Positions 39,716 to 53,637 of a stretch of 64,000 nucleotides of DNA are shown in pieces. Source of the DNA: Eledone cirrhosa (taxonomy: Eukaryota); contig OZ024753.1 in assembly GCA_964016885.1 (NCBI GenBank), forward strand, positions 42,966,001 to 43,030,000. The letters run 5' to 3'. Both the position numbers and the translations under genes were made by a program. The notes under the pieces are model-generated. The model was not told the DNA's origin and made no database searches. It worked only from the letters and a program-made list of their open reading frames with translations. Each line of letters starts with the position of its first letter. The first letter of the stretch is position 1.

Positions 39716-39952
39716 TGTACAATTCAAGGCAAGGTAAGAAGAGTAAGTTATCGGGAACTGAGAGGGAGAAGCTGGAATATGATATCATACAATAAATGAG
39801 ATAAAACTTATTTACAAATGGTATTGTTTGTTTAAGTGAAGGTAGAGGTGTAGAAAGATGAGTGTGAGAGTTAATGTATCTTTATATATATATATACACA
39901 CACTAACACATGTATATATATAATAACACATATGTATATATATATATGTATG

Positions 39953-39984
<32 letters not shown>

Positions 39985-40068
39985 AACACATGTATATATA
40001 TAATAACACATATGTATATATATATGTATGTATATACATATATATATGTGTATATATATATATATATA

Positions 40069-40409
40069 TCATCATCATCATCATCATTTTACGTCCACTT
40101 TTCCCTGCTTGCAAGGGTGGGACGGGAACTGGTTCTGGCTTGATTTCTACAGCTGGATGCCCTTCCTAACACCAACCTCATTTACAGTGAGTGCTGGGTG
40201 CTTTTTTGCCGTGGCACCTCCACGACCACTTTGCAGTGGAATGATAGGGACCCCAGTCCCTATCATCTCATTTCTACAGCTGAGTAAACTGGAGCAATGT
40301 GAAATAAAGTGTCTTGCTCAAGGAGACAACACATCACCCGGTCTGAGAATTGAACTCATAACCTTTCGATTGCAAGGCCAATGCTCTAACCACTAAGCCA
40401 TGTGCCTTC
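40069..40409 (-). mobile_element. Full-length SINE family A
   Basis: Highly similar to 5506-5849. Confidence 0.9.
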
Positions 40410-41463
40410 ATGTATATATATATATATATGTATATGTGTATATATATATATACATATGTATACATATATGTGTGTATATATATATATATATATACACCAT
40501 ACATGCGTGATGGTGTGGTGGTCGGGGAGGTCGGGGGTGTTAAATTTGTGTCTGGTGACGTGAACTGATGTGATGCTGTGCGCAAAAGATTATAAGAGAA
40601 GTGAGCTAACAATGTCACTGTAGAATCCTTTCTTAAGCTATACCACAACAAACTGCAGCTGCATCAGTGCAGCAGCAGCAGAAATACTTTCAGGCTAAGA
40701 ATCTCTATTGATAAATCTACCAGTTCGTTGTGTTTCTTCTTTAGTTATCATTTTGATCCGAAGCACCACATGAAGAAGCTTACAGTATCAGTTAAGCTAT
40801 GATTCCCCTTGTTTCACCCGAGGCTTAACTTCCACTGTTCTCTTCTAGCATATCGTGAACACTTTTCTAGTCTTCCTTGTGAGCTTTCACTCTTTGGAAA
40901 ACCTCTAGCGTGTTCATTTCCAAATATGTAACACACACACGCATACATATGTATATATATAACATATATGTATATATATAACATGCATATATATATATAT
41001 ATATATATATGTATTTCTCTGTAAAGTTATGTTGGTACCACAACATCCAGTCCAAACTAAAGAGGTTGTGTGGTTGTCATGACAAAAAAAAAAAACACAC
41101 AGCCCAAGCTGTAATGTGGTCGTGTAGGTAACACGGTAAAAAGCTCCCAGTCCACACTGTAAATGTGGTTGGTGTTAGGAAGGGCATCCAGCCGTAGAAA
41201 ACCTGCCAGATAGTCCTATATGAGTGGGACAATTCCCGTCTAACCCATGCTAGCGTGGAAGATAGACGTTAAACGATGATGATGATGATGATGATATGCA
41301 TATATATATAAAGTGTTAAAAAACTAGGAGGTTACATCCTTAGTAAGTAGAGCACTCAGTGTGGAGCACGAGTTCAGTATAATGTTAGTTCCACAACAAA
41401 TCATGAACCATACTCGAGGACGTGTCTTTCACCAAACACATATCGTTTGCTAATTTGTTATGT

Positions 41464-41547
<84 letters not shown>

Positions 41548-41813
41548 GCTAACTTCAACAGGATTTGAACTCAGATCATCCTCCCAATCCCCCAGGCCTG
41601 ACTGAACTAAATAATGAACAAATGCCTAAAGACATTTGACTGATATAAGATGAATTGTAACTGAAAATAATTAAAAATAAAATAAAATAATATATAAGGT
41701 GCCTAGTGGAGGAAACGAGGTGAAAAACTTGTTGGTGAACTGAGTTTCAAAGAGTTAATTTTTTTGTATGTTAGAGGGATTAAATAAATCATTCTAACTA
41801 ACTATTAAAAGGA

Positions 41814-42001
41814 TAATTGTTTCTACTTTTGGCACGAGGCCAGCAATTACCCAGAACATTACTGGTTCTTTATTGTATCGACTCCGTAAGGATGAAAAGT
41901 AAAGTTAACCTTGGCGCGATTTGAACTCAGAATGGCAAGGGGCGTAACTCTATGCGCCAAAGCATAGTGTCCAACCCTCTACAGATACTGCCAATCCACC
42001 A
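41814..42001 (-). mobile_element. SINE family B
   Basis: Full head-to-tail match to the 47841 copy in reverse. Confidence 0.85.
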
Positions 42002-42086
42002 TGTATTGCTACATGAGGGAAGAACTGTCAGGTCAAGCTATCAGGGCTAGTTACTTAAACAGCTACATTAGTTTGAAAATAATTTG

Positions 42087-42117
<31 letters not shown>

Positions 42118-42370
42118 CACACACACACACACAGGCACACACACACACACACAGGCACACATGTCCAGGCACACAAACAAATATACAGACATATATACAT
42201 ATATACTCATACATACACATATGTATTGATGGGAGCGGGTGTAAATATAAATATACTTAAAATGTTCAAACAATACATGTACTCAATACATGTAGGATTT
42301 ATTTTCTGAAGAAAAAAAAAATGCAGTGACTTGGAAGTTTCATTTATTGCCTTTTTTAACTGTGTGTGTG

Positions 42371-42423
<53 letters not shown>

Positions 42424-43090
42424 CCTTCCATACACATGCACAAGTGTGTATCATGACTCATGCACTGTTCATTTTCCTGAATTTTGTATATTACCCTATG
42501 TACTATACATACACTTTTTGATGAGTTGTAGTGCACCTGAGCACTGTATACAATATTTCATTATTATTATTTATTACATATATATATATATATGTGTGTG
42601 TGTGTATATATATATATGTGTGTGTGTATATATATATATATATAACAAAGGAATTTTTCCTATATATATATATATCATTATCATCATCATCATTACCATC
42701 ATTATTATTGACCATTTTCTATGATTACATGGATTAGATGGCTGTTGTGTACTGAGGTTGGACTGGTCAGGTGACGACATCCTGTTCATACATTTTGTTT
42801 TGGCACAGTCTCTTGGGCTGAATGCCCTTCCTAACACCAAACCCTTGACAGCATGTAGTGTGAGCATTTTATCATAACTGGGAGCATGTAGTGGAAGCAT
42901 GTTATCCAGCACTAACACCTTACTGATGCCAACATGGAAAACTGGACATTGAACCCTGATGATAATGATATATATAATCATCATCATCATTTTATGTCTG
43001 CTTTTCCCTGCTTGCAAGGGTGGGACGGGTCCTATTCAGCACAGCATCTCTCCATATATATATATATATATATATGTTTATATATATATA

Positions 43091-43139
<49 letters not shown>

Positions 43140-43141
<2 letters not shown>

Positions 43142-43328
43142 CGAAGGAAATGTGGTAAGGAACCAGGTGGACCATAACGCACCAAAGTACTCAATACATA
43201 GGGTAGTAGAGTGGGTAATCGGAACCAGTAAGACCCCGACGGCTGAGCTCAAGCCGTTTCGACGGCCAATTCTGGACAGAATTAGCCGTCGAAACGGCTT
43301 GAGCTCAGCCGTCGGGGTCTTACTGGTT

Positions 43329-43330
<2 letters not shown>
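43140..43330 (-). mobile_element. Hairpin/half-hammerhead element H1
   Basis: 53-bp arms 43221-43273 / 43278-43330 with one mismatch, (TA)n on both sides. Confidence 0.88.
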
Positions 43331-43370
<40 letters not shown>

Positions 43371-43824
43371 TATATATATATATATGTTTATATATATATA
43401 TATGTTTATATATATATATATGTTTATATATATATATATGTTTATATATATATATGTTTACATATATATATATTTACATATATATATACATTGCTAGTAG
43501 GGAAACGGGTAATTAAATGATGATGATATGTGTGTGTGTGAGCGAGAGAGGAACCGTTGCTTTTCTTGCAGGCTGTTCTGTACTAAAATGAATGAATGTA
43601 TCTTTATGTAACAGTGACTGTATGGTGGAATGGTACAGTTATCGATTTGTTGTTGTGTGAATGTGTGTGTGTGTGAATGTGTGTGTGTGTGAATGTGTGT
43701 GCATGTGTGTGTGTGTGTGAATAAGTATGGTAGCTTAATTCTGATATTTTATCCAAAAAAATGTAGACATATTTATTTAATTCCTTCAGTCTTGCACATA
43801 TGTATGTATATACCATATTATATA

Positions 43825-43874
<50 letters not shown>

Positions 43875-43936
43875 TCGCGTATTTATTTATATGCACGTAG
43901 AAACCAATAGATGCACACAACGACATCACACAAGTG

Positions 43937-43976
<40 letters not shown>

Positions 43977-44083
43977 TGCAAACAAACATACATACAAGTG
44001 TATGTATTGGTGCAGAATTGTAAATGCTGACACACACACACACACATATATACACATACACACACACACAAATATATATATAT

Positions 44084-44132
<49 letters not shown>

Positions 44133-44675
44133 CACACATATATATATATATACTCACACATACATATATACACACACATACATATATACACACACACATA
44201 TACCCATATATATATATATATATATACACATACATACACACACACATATATATATATACATATGTATACAGAAAACAAAAGTTCCTACTAAGAACCAACT
44301 ATACATTTACACAGCATTCATTACGTATGACAGAGGGGAGGGGGACGGAACTTTGATGTATTTCGGGGAAAGTTATTCTTGTCATTTTCTTTGACATAAA
44401 TCCGACATTCTTTTTTTTTTTTTAATTTATTTCTTCTTTTATTCTGTTATACGTTTTGCTTCTTGAGTTAATAGCTTAGCGTCGAGTCACAGCGATGCTG
44501 CCTCTCTCCATTAAATACCAATATCGAAGGAACTAAACAAAAACTGAAAAAAAATATATATAAACAAAGAAAACAGGAAAATATTTCAACTAAAATTTCA
44601 GTTTTACAAAATTTAAAGAAACAATATTGTATTAAAATAAATAATTTTTATTATTATTATTATTATTATTATTAA

Positions 44676-44721
<46 letters not shown>

Positions 44722-45161
44722 TATTGTAAGTTGTCTTAAAAAGGATTAAACCTAATTTGACATGTATGGAAGGAAAATAGAGAATGGAGAAGAGAAGAAA
44801 GCAAAAATTGGAAATAAAAGTAATTTAAATAAAGAAGAAAGGATGTGGTGGTAGGAATGAATGAATTAATGGATGAATGAATCAATAAATGAAACGTAAA
44901 AAGAAAGAAATACATGAAGAATGAATGAGAAAGTATAGAAGAAAGCTGAAGAAAATCTAGCTGGCGTCTATTGTTTGGGTGGGGTGGGAATATGTTACAC
45001 AGCTAACCCACTCAGTCGGAGATAATACCCTTTTGAGATTGAAACTATTAAGAATTATAATGAACTTATTACAAAGATTTTGATGTTTGTTTTTTGTTAA
45101 TATGGTAAGAGAGATCTTGATTGGTGGTCGGGCGAGTGAACCAAATGGCAGAAGCTCATTA

Positions 45162-45193
<32 letters not shown>

Positions 45194-45195
<2 letters not shown>

Positions 45196-45389
45196 CAAAG
45201 GAAATGTGGTAAAGATGGACCATAACGCACCAAAGTACTCAATACTTAGGGTAGTAGAGTGGGTAATAGGAACGAGTAGGACCCCGACGGCTGAGCTCAA
45301 GCCGTTTCGACGGCTAATTCTGCACTAAATTTAGTCCAGAATTAGCCGTCGAAACGGCTTGAGCTCAGCCGTCGGGGTCCTACTCGTTC
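45194..45389 (-). mobile_element. Hairpin/half-hammerhead element H1
   Basis: Perfect ~53-bp arms from 45270 to 45389 with a palindromic loop ACTAAATTTAGT, (TA)n flanks. Confidence 0.88.
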
Positions 45390-45421
<32 letters not shown>

Positions 45422-45640
45422 ATATATGTGGCCGTGTAGGTAACACGGTAAAAACCTCCCAGTTCCACACTGTAAATGTGGTTGGTGTTAGGAAGGGCAT
45501 CCAGCCGTAGAATACCCGCCAGACAGTCCTATGCGAGCAAGACAACCACTCTTGCCTCAAGTGGGAAAACCCCCGTCAAAACCCATGCAAGCGTGGAATA
45601 TGGACGTTAAACGATGATGATGGTGATGATATATATATAT

Positions 45641-45673
<33 letters not shown>

Positions 45674-45817
45674 CTTGATTGGCGGTCGGGCGAGTGAACC
45701 AAATGGCAGAAGCTCATTATACACTGTTCACTTTCCTGACATTTGTACATTATTTTATGTACTATACATACACCTTTGATGAGTTATAGTGCACCTCAGC
45801 ACTGTACACAATAATTT

Positions 45818-45852
<35 letters not shown>

Positions 45853-46002
45853 GTAGAGAGAGAGCTTGATTGACTGAAGAAAACTGATATATATATATAC
45901 ATACATATATATACATATATATACATATACAAACATATATACAAGAAGAAAGCAAGAACGGGGGAAGTTTTCCTCATCAGTTGTCTACTGGGGGTCTTGG
46001 AT

Positions 46003-46047
<45 letters not shown>

Positions 46048-46095
46048 ATGTTGATGATGAAATATATATATTTATGTGTGTATATATATATATAT

Positions 46096-46261
46096 AACGA
46101 AGGTGGTGTGGTAAGGAACGAGATGGACCATAACACACCAGAGTACTCAATGCTTAGGGTAGTAGAGTGGGTAATAGGAAAATGTAGTAGGAAAATGTTC
46201 TGAGTCCAGAAATAGCCGTCGAAACGGCTTGAGCTCTGCCGTCGGGGTTAAACATTTTCCT
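46096..46261 (-). mobile_element. H1 element with one arm mostly deleted
   Basis: Tail intact. The remnant AGGAAAATGTT mirrors AACATTTTCCT. Confidence 0.8.
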
Positions 46262-46277
46262 AAATATATATATATAT

Positions 46278-46354
46278 TACAGGCTGTTAAAAAATGTAGA
46301 CACACTTCAACAGTATTCTAATAAAAGTATGTATACATTTTTTAGGTACACCCT

Positions 46355-46357
<3 letters not shown>
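46278..46357. mobile_element. 80-bp Tc1/mariner-like MITE
   Basis: TA-CAGGCTGT..AAAAAATGTAGACACACT / AGTATGTATACATTTTTT..ACACCCTG-TA. Confidence 0.65.
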
Positions 46358-46387
<30 letters not shown>

Positions 46388-46472
46388 AATGACATTTCTA
46401 CAAAAGGGTATGTCTTCTATTTTCAAAGAAAACGGTGAGCTACTTGCTACTACTATTGAAATAAAGCAAACT

Positions 46473-46529
<57 letters not shown>

Positions 46530-47056
46530 GAGTGCGTTTAAAATAGATTTCACTGATTACTGACATTAATCTGTAGAGAACAATATTGCTTATGAATGTG
46601 TGTTCTTTTTCAATCTGAGTCTGCTCACAAAGAGTTGAATACCGAATCCAGTAGAGAATGTGGCAAATAGTAAAATAGTGTGTGTATGTATGTATGTATA
46701 TATATATATATACATATGTATATATATATATGTATATATATACCCGTCTAAACCCATGCTAGCGTGGAAGATAGACGTTAAACGATGATGATGATGATGA
46801 TGATGATGTATGTGTATATGTGTATATGTATATAAATATATATGTATTTATATATGTGTGAATATGTTTTATATATATATATATATATGTAGAGGGAGAG
46901 AGAGATTGATGTACATATGTATGTATATATATATATGTATTTATATGTGTGTATATATATATCAGCATCATCATCTTCATACATAAATGTATATATATAT
47001 ATATATGTATGAGTATGTAGGCATTCTTTGATTTCTTTTACATATACATGTATGTA

Positions 47057-47087
<31 letters not shown>

Positions 47088-47629
47088 GTATATTTGTATT
47101 AGATTTTCATGTTTAATTGAGGAACAGGTGTAATTAACAAAGAATAGACTTGTCTATGTATATATTGTCTATACAGAAAAAACTATGATAAAGATTTACT
47201 GCTTGTTTGTGGATTATTTTTGGGGGAAATCCAATTTCAGAACAGGTGTATTCATCTGCAGAACAGTTAACTACTAAGAGAGAAGACAATATAGGTAAAA
47301 CTAGCTTAGAAATTAGAGTATATAGATAATGATTGAAGCATATATATCAAAGAAGAAGGTTCAGTGAATACAAATTGATTTTTACAATTAATTACATTTC
47401 TGGGTACAGCCTTCCTCACTCTCGACTAAATAAACAGTAAATAGTGTTTTGTTAAGTGTATAGTAATTCCACTTTAGTAGATACTACTCTACTCTACTCT
47501 ACAACTATTGCTCACAATGTTAATAAACTTTCAGTTGAGACAGACAGATATTTAGACCCCCACCTACCTACCTTCTCCTCAGGCATACCTATATAGACCA
47601 TAGACATATCCACATACATATATACACAC

Positions 47630-47685
<56 letters not shown>

Positions 47686-47840
47686 AATAAATCATGGCGT
47701 TCTGAAGGTATTTAAGACATTTTTATTCATCTTACATGTCTCTGTATATATTTTCTCTATGGTTCTTATATATTTGATATATATTTATCCTTATCGAGCC
47801 CTTTTGGGATTTTAGTCTTCAAATTTATTATTATTACTAT

Positions 47841-48023
47841 GGATGGGCAGTATCGGTAGAGGGTCGGACGCCATGCTTTCCAGCATAGAGTTACGTCCCT
47901 TTACGGGCTGAGTTCAAATCCCGCCGAGGTTGACTTTGCTTTCATCCTTACGGGGTCGATAAAATAAAGTACCAGTAATGCACTGGGTAATTGCTGGCCT
48001 TGTGCCTAATGTAGAAACAATTA
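47841..48023 (+). mobile_element. SINE family B
   Basis: tRNA-like head, B box GTTCAAATCC, conserved central domain and AT-rich tail. Confidence 0.88.
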
Positions 48024-48136
48024 CTATATATATATATATATATACACATACATGACAATGCAAAATAAACGGTAGATTTTGGAATACATTGAAGGTAACA
48101 AAGAAGTTAGAGTGTTACCTGTTATCTTATTTACCT

Positions 48137-48176
48137 GTCTTAATATTTTGGGTCTAAAATTCCTTCATCAGAAGAC
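48137..48176 (-). ncRNA. Decayed minimal hammerhead
   Basis: Minus strand GTCTT-CTGATGA-AGG...CC-cAAAA-TATT-AAGAC. Looks like CpG-type decay of CGAAACGT. Confidence 0.45.
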
Positions 48177-48262
48177 GATAATAAGAAACTGGTTCGAACT
48201 TCATGTTTTTATTGTTATCGGCTTGCCATTTTTCTAAGTGTGTTTTTCTCGTGTCATCATCA

Positions 48263-48306
<44 letters not shown>

Positions 48307-48308
<2 letters not shown>

Positions 48309-48498
48309 TGAGATTCTACAGGACTAGAACTGTTTCATTCTTTAGAAATCATCAGGAATCTCAGGTGATTCCTGATGATTTCTAAAGAATGAAACAGTTC
48401 TAGTCCTGTAGAATCTCATCTATATTAAAACTTTTATACTCTGCAATGTATTGAGTACCTTACTTACTGTGGTTACCTCCGATTCAACCCGGAATAAC

Positions 48499-48499
<1 letters not shown>
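48307..48499 (+). mobile_element. H2 element: perfect 54-bp inverted repeat, each arm a complete hammerhead ribozyme, plus an 80-nt tail
   Basis: Arms 48307-48360 / 48367-48420. Arm sequence GATTC-CTGATGA-TTTC-taaa-GAAT-GAA-ACAG-ttctagtc-CTGT-A-GAATC. (TA)n flanks. Confidence 0.85.
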
Positions 48500-48532
<33 letters not shown>

Positions 48533-49473
48533 TTTTGAATAGGTACACTGTATCCTTGCATGTTATAAAAAGTGACTAAAAGGTTAATGTCAGCTATAAA
48601 AGATTGCCTCAGAATGTCCTGTCCAACCCATGCCAGCTTGGAAATGTCAACGAAAAAACAAGCAAGCATGAAGGAAAGAACAATATGAGAAAGGGACAGA
48701 GAGATAAAGAGAGACCGTGAGAGAGAGATATAGAGACCTAGATATATATATATATAAAGACTGAGAGATAGAGAGAGTGCATATATTGAGCTAGAACGAC
48801 TTAATCCATATGTGTGTATTATAAAATGAAGGGGGAGGGATCAGTAGCACAAAAAACCAAAAGAAAGAAACAAACAAGAAGCCAGTCTTTGTGCTTAAAT
48901 ATATCATTGGATACTAGAATGAAAGTAACGAAATAAAACTGTGTAGATTTATCAAAATAAAACAAAATAAAACTAAAAACCAGCAAATAAATATAGAAAA
49001 GCAATAAGTAAACAAGATATAAATGTAAGAGGGGAAAGAAAATCGGTTTGATATAGCAACACAATAAATAAACTAATTCAAGATGGCGCGGGGGCATTGT
49101 TCAAACGACATGAAAGCCAAATTCCAACTGAAAATGGATAAATGGATATATGAAGAAGAACTGATGCTAATATAACAACACGGAATGCTAGGCTATACTA
49201 GTTTCTAAATAATACGGGTTAAGATATCGATTTTTGTTTTTGATTTGCATAATTTAAATACCTGTTTGGTGTTGGTGTTTTTTTGGTTTTTTTTGGTATA
49301 TTTTATGTTTTATATATTTAATTTTGTCTGTCCTCCATGAAAAAGATATTATTTAAAGAATGGAACAAGAAGTTCCATGCTGTGAAGTAATTTCCTTATC
49401 AAAGTAATTTTAATACAAATATAATAATACTTCTTTTTACTCCTCCTCCACCTCCTCTTTATTATTACTAATG

Positions 49474-49972
49474 TGAAGGTGTGTGGCCTAGAGGTTAGGG
49501 GGGTTCAAGTTTAAGAGTTAAAGATTGTGTGTTCAACTTCCAGTGGCATGTTTTTGTCTTTCAGCAAAACACTTTATTTCACATTGCTCACACTGTAAAT
49601 GTGGATGGCATTAGGAAGGGCATCCAATCATCAGAAACCAAGCTAGAAACTGTTCTGTATGAACAAGACCTCACACTGTAAATGTGGATGGCATTAGGAA
49701 GGGCATCCAATCATCAGAAACCAAGCTAGAAACTGTTCTGTATGAACAAGACCTCACACTGTAAATGTGGATGGCATTAGGAAGGGCATCCAATCATCAG
49801 AAACCAAGCTAGAAACTGTTCTGTATGAACAAGACCTCACACTGTAAATGTGGATGGCATTAGGAAGGGCATCCAATCATCAGAAACCAAGCTAGAAACT
49901 GTTCTGTATGAACAAGACATTGTCATCTCATCTGACTTGTCTTGTCTAACCCATGCTAGCATAGAAAATGGA
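49474..49972 (+). mobile_element. Old SINE with an internal 83-bp x4 tandem duplication (49587-49918)
   Basis: tRNA head and CORE remnant, four identical units containing GGAAGGGCATCC, then an RTE-type tail. Confidence 0.82.
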
Positions 49973-50159
49973 GTGACACACTTCATTTCATGTTGTTGCA
50001 ATACATTCTGCTGAAAATGTGTACCAGTAATAGCTGGGGGGGGGGGGGGGGACTGGCATCATGTCCAGGAGTCAGTCTTGTTCTCTCACTCGCTTCATGC
50101 CACAGAAACTGGAATAAACACCGGCATGATGATCCGCCAGGCTCGAGACAGACTTTAGA

Positions 50160-50870
50160 CTGCTACTACTACTACTACCATCACTACTACTACCATCACT
50201 ACTACTACCACCATCACTATTGCTACTTCCACCACTACCACCACTATCATCACTACTCCTACCACCATCATTACCACCACTATCACCATCACTACCACTA
50301 CTACCATCACTACTACTACCACCACTATCACTATTACTACTACTATTACCATCACTACCACCACTACTACTACCACCACTATTACTACTACTACCATCAC
50401 TACCACCAATACTACTACCACCACTATCACCACCACTATCATTACTACTATTACTACTACTACTACTATTACTATTACCACCACAATCACTATTAATACT
50501 ACTACTACCATCACCACTACCACTACCACCACTATCACTATTACTACTACTACCATCACTACCACCACTATCACTACTACTATTACTACTACTACTACTA
50601 CCACCACAATCACTATTAATACTACTACTACCATCACTACCACCACTACTACTACCATCACTACCACCACTACTACTACCACCACTATCACTACCACTAT
50701 CACTACTACTATTACTACTACTACTATTACCACCACAATCACTATTAATACTACTACTACTACCATCACCACCACCACTAATACTACCACCACTATCACC
50801 ACCACTATCACTACTACTACCACCACCACAATCACTATTAATACTACTACTACTACCACCACCATCACCA
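50160..50870. repeat. (CTA)/(CCA) compound trinucleotide repeat
   Basis: Direct reading of the sequence. Confidence 0.95.
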
Positions 50871-51382
50871 TTTGAACTCAGAACCTAGAGAGTCATAACA
50901 AGCAGCACAAATTGTTTTTCCCCAGCAACAAAGTAAAACTTCAGCCAATCCATTATACATTAATGAAATAAAATAAAAAAAATAATAACTTTTCTTTTTC
51001 TTTCTCCTACATAAAATATTGTCCAAGATTTTATGACTGGAATTATTCCTTCATCAATGATCGGAAGATTTCCTGTAGTTTGTTGAAGTTTACCCCCAAA
51101 TTTATATTATCTATGTCTGGTTCACCTGACAATTAAGCAATCTCAGATGGTGCTTTCTGCTTGAACACACAAAACAGTTTTAAAATTGGTCACACATGAG
51201 ATGGATGTCCAAACACTCAGTCAAGTTGTGCTGAAAAATTTACATATGTTCTGTGTAAAAAAAAAATTTATACAGAATTTTGAAATATTCTGTTTGTTTT
51301 TTTTTGTTTTTTTTTTATGAATTCGAAAATGTCTTTAAAATATTTAAATTTAAGTTTTGATTGGTTGATCTATAAAGTATTC

Positions 51383-51723
51383 AGTAATAGTAGTTGTTGT
51401 AGTTGTAGTTGTTGTAGTAGTAGTTGTAGTTGTTGTTGTTGTAGTTGTAGTAGTTGTTGTAGTTGTTGTAGTTTTAGTAGTAGTAGTAGTAGTTTTTGTA
51501 GTTGTAGTTGTAGTCGTTGTAGTTTTAGTAGTAGTAGTTTTAGTAGTAGTAGTTGTTGTAGTTTTAGTAGTAGTAGTAGTAGTTTTTGTAGTTGTTGTAG
51601 TTTTAGTAGTTTTAGTAGTAGTAGTAGTAGTTTTAGTAGTTGTTGTAGTAGTTGTAGTTTTAGTAGTTGTAGTTGTTGTAGTTTTAGTAGTAGTAGTTTT
51701 AGTAGTTGTAGTAGTAGTAGTAG
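51383..51723. repeat. (TAG)/(TTG) compound trinucleotide repeat
   Basis: Direct reading of the sequence. Confidence 0.95.
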
Positions 51724-51759
51724 CTCTAGAATATGAGACAGTTTATAAGCGAGATGCAG

Positions 51760-51790
<31 letters not shown>

Positions 51791-52101
51791 ATCTGGAGGA
51801 CCCGTAGGTCATGACAAGGACATGACAGCCTCCCTAGTGTTGTCACCAGCCATCCAGGTCATCCAGCCATAGGAAACTAGCCAAAGAAAGGGTTGCGAGG
51901 ACCCCTTCAGTCCTGCCAAAGACATGGCAACCTCTCCAGTGCACTTGTTAGAATGGGAGACAGTACATAAACAAAATGCAACCCACCCCCACCAGTGGGG
52001 TGGAGAGGGGGTGGCAGCAGTAGCCCCTCTCTGGTACTGACTTGGTCTTTGTAGACCTGTCCAACCCTTGCTGGCAGGGAAAGCAGATGTTAAATATTAA
52101 A

Positions 52102-53637
52102 TAATGATGATGATGATGATGATTGTTATCATAATAATGACAGTGATGATAGTGATGAGGGTGAGGGTGATAATGACGATGAAGATGATAGTGATGATGA
52201 TGATGATGAGGATAATGATGATAATGAAGATGACAATGATGATGATGGTGACAATGACAGCAATGACGAAGATGATAATGAAGTTAATGATGATGATGGT
52301 GACAATGATGATGATAATGATGAAGATGACAATGATGATGATGACGATGATGGTGACAATGACAATGATGATGAAGACGATGATGATGATGATGATGATG
52401 ATGATGAAGATGATGGGCATAATGGCGATGAGGATGATGACGAAGATGATGATGATGACAGCAGCGATGATGAAGATGGTGACAATGACAGCGATGATGA
52501 TGATGGTGACAATGACAGCGATGATGATGATGGTGACAATGACAGCGATGATGATGATGGTGACAATGACAGCGATGATGATGATGGTGACAATGACAGC
52601 GATGATGAAGATGATGATGATGACAGCGATGATGAAGATGGTGACAATGACAGCGATGATGACGATGGTGACAGTGACAGCGATGATGATGATGGTGACA
52701 GTGACAGCGATGATGAAGATGATGATGATGACAGCGATGATGAAGATGGTGACAATGACAGCGATGATGATGATGGTGACAATGACAGCGATGATGATGA
52801 TGGTGACAATGACAGCGATGATGAAGATGGTGACAATGACAGCGATGATGATGATGGTGACAATGACAGCGATGATGATGATGGTGACAATGACAGCGAT
52901 GATGAAGATGATGATGATGACAGCGATGATGAAGATGGTGACAATGACAGCGATGATGAAGATGGTGACAATGACAGCGATGATGATGATGGTGACAATG
53001 ACAGCGATGATGACGATGGTGACAATGAAAGCAATGATGAAGATGGTGACAATGACAGCGATGATGATGATGGTGACAGTGACAGCGATGATGAAGATGG
53101 TGACAATGACAGCGATGATGAAGATGGTGACAATGACAGCGATGATGACGATGGTGACAATGAAAGCAATGATGAAGATGATGATGATGACAGCGATGAT
53201 GAAGATGGTGACAATGACAGCGATGATGAAGATGGTGACAATGACAGCGATGATGACGATGGTGACAATGAAAGCAATGATGAAGATGATGATGATGACA
53301 GCGATGATGAAGATGGTGACAGTGACAGCGATGATGAAGATGGTGACAATGACAGCGATGATGATGATGGTGACAATGACAGCGATGATGATGATGGTGA
53401 CAATGACAGCGATGATGATGATGGTGACAGTGACAGCGATGATGAAGATGATGATGATGACAGCGATGATGAAGATGGTGACAATGACAGCGATGATGAT
53501 GATGGTGACAATGACAGCGATGATGACGATGGTGACAGTGACAGCGATGATGATGATGATGATGATGAAGATGGTGACAATGACAGCGATGATGACGATG
53601 GTGACAATGAAAGCAATGATGAAGACGATGATGATGC
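52102..53637. repeat. (GAT)n-derived 27-bp minisatellite (GATGATGATGATGGTGACAATGACAGC)
   Basis: Grows out of the (ATG)n tail of an RTE-tail element ending at ~52095. Confidence 0.93.

Noticed and set aside
45955-45990. Minus-strand CTGATGAGGAAAACTTCC hammerhead start (similar strings at ~3252, ~13910 and ~27834)
   Set aside because: No GAAA, stem III or NUH in the right position.
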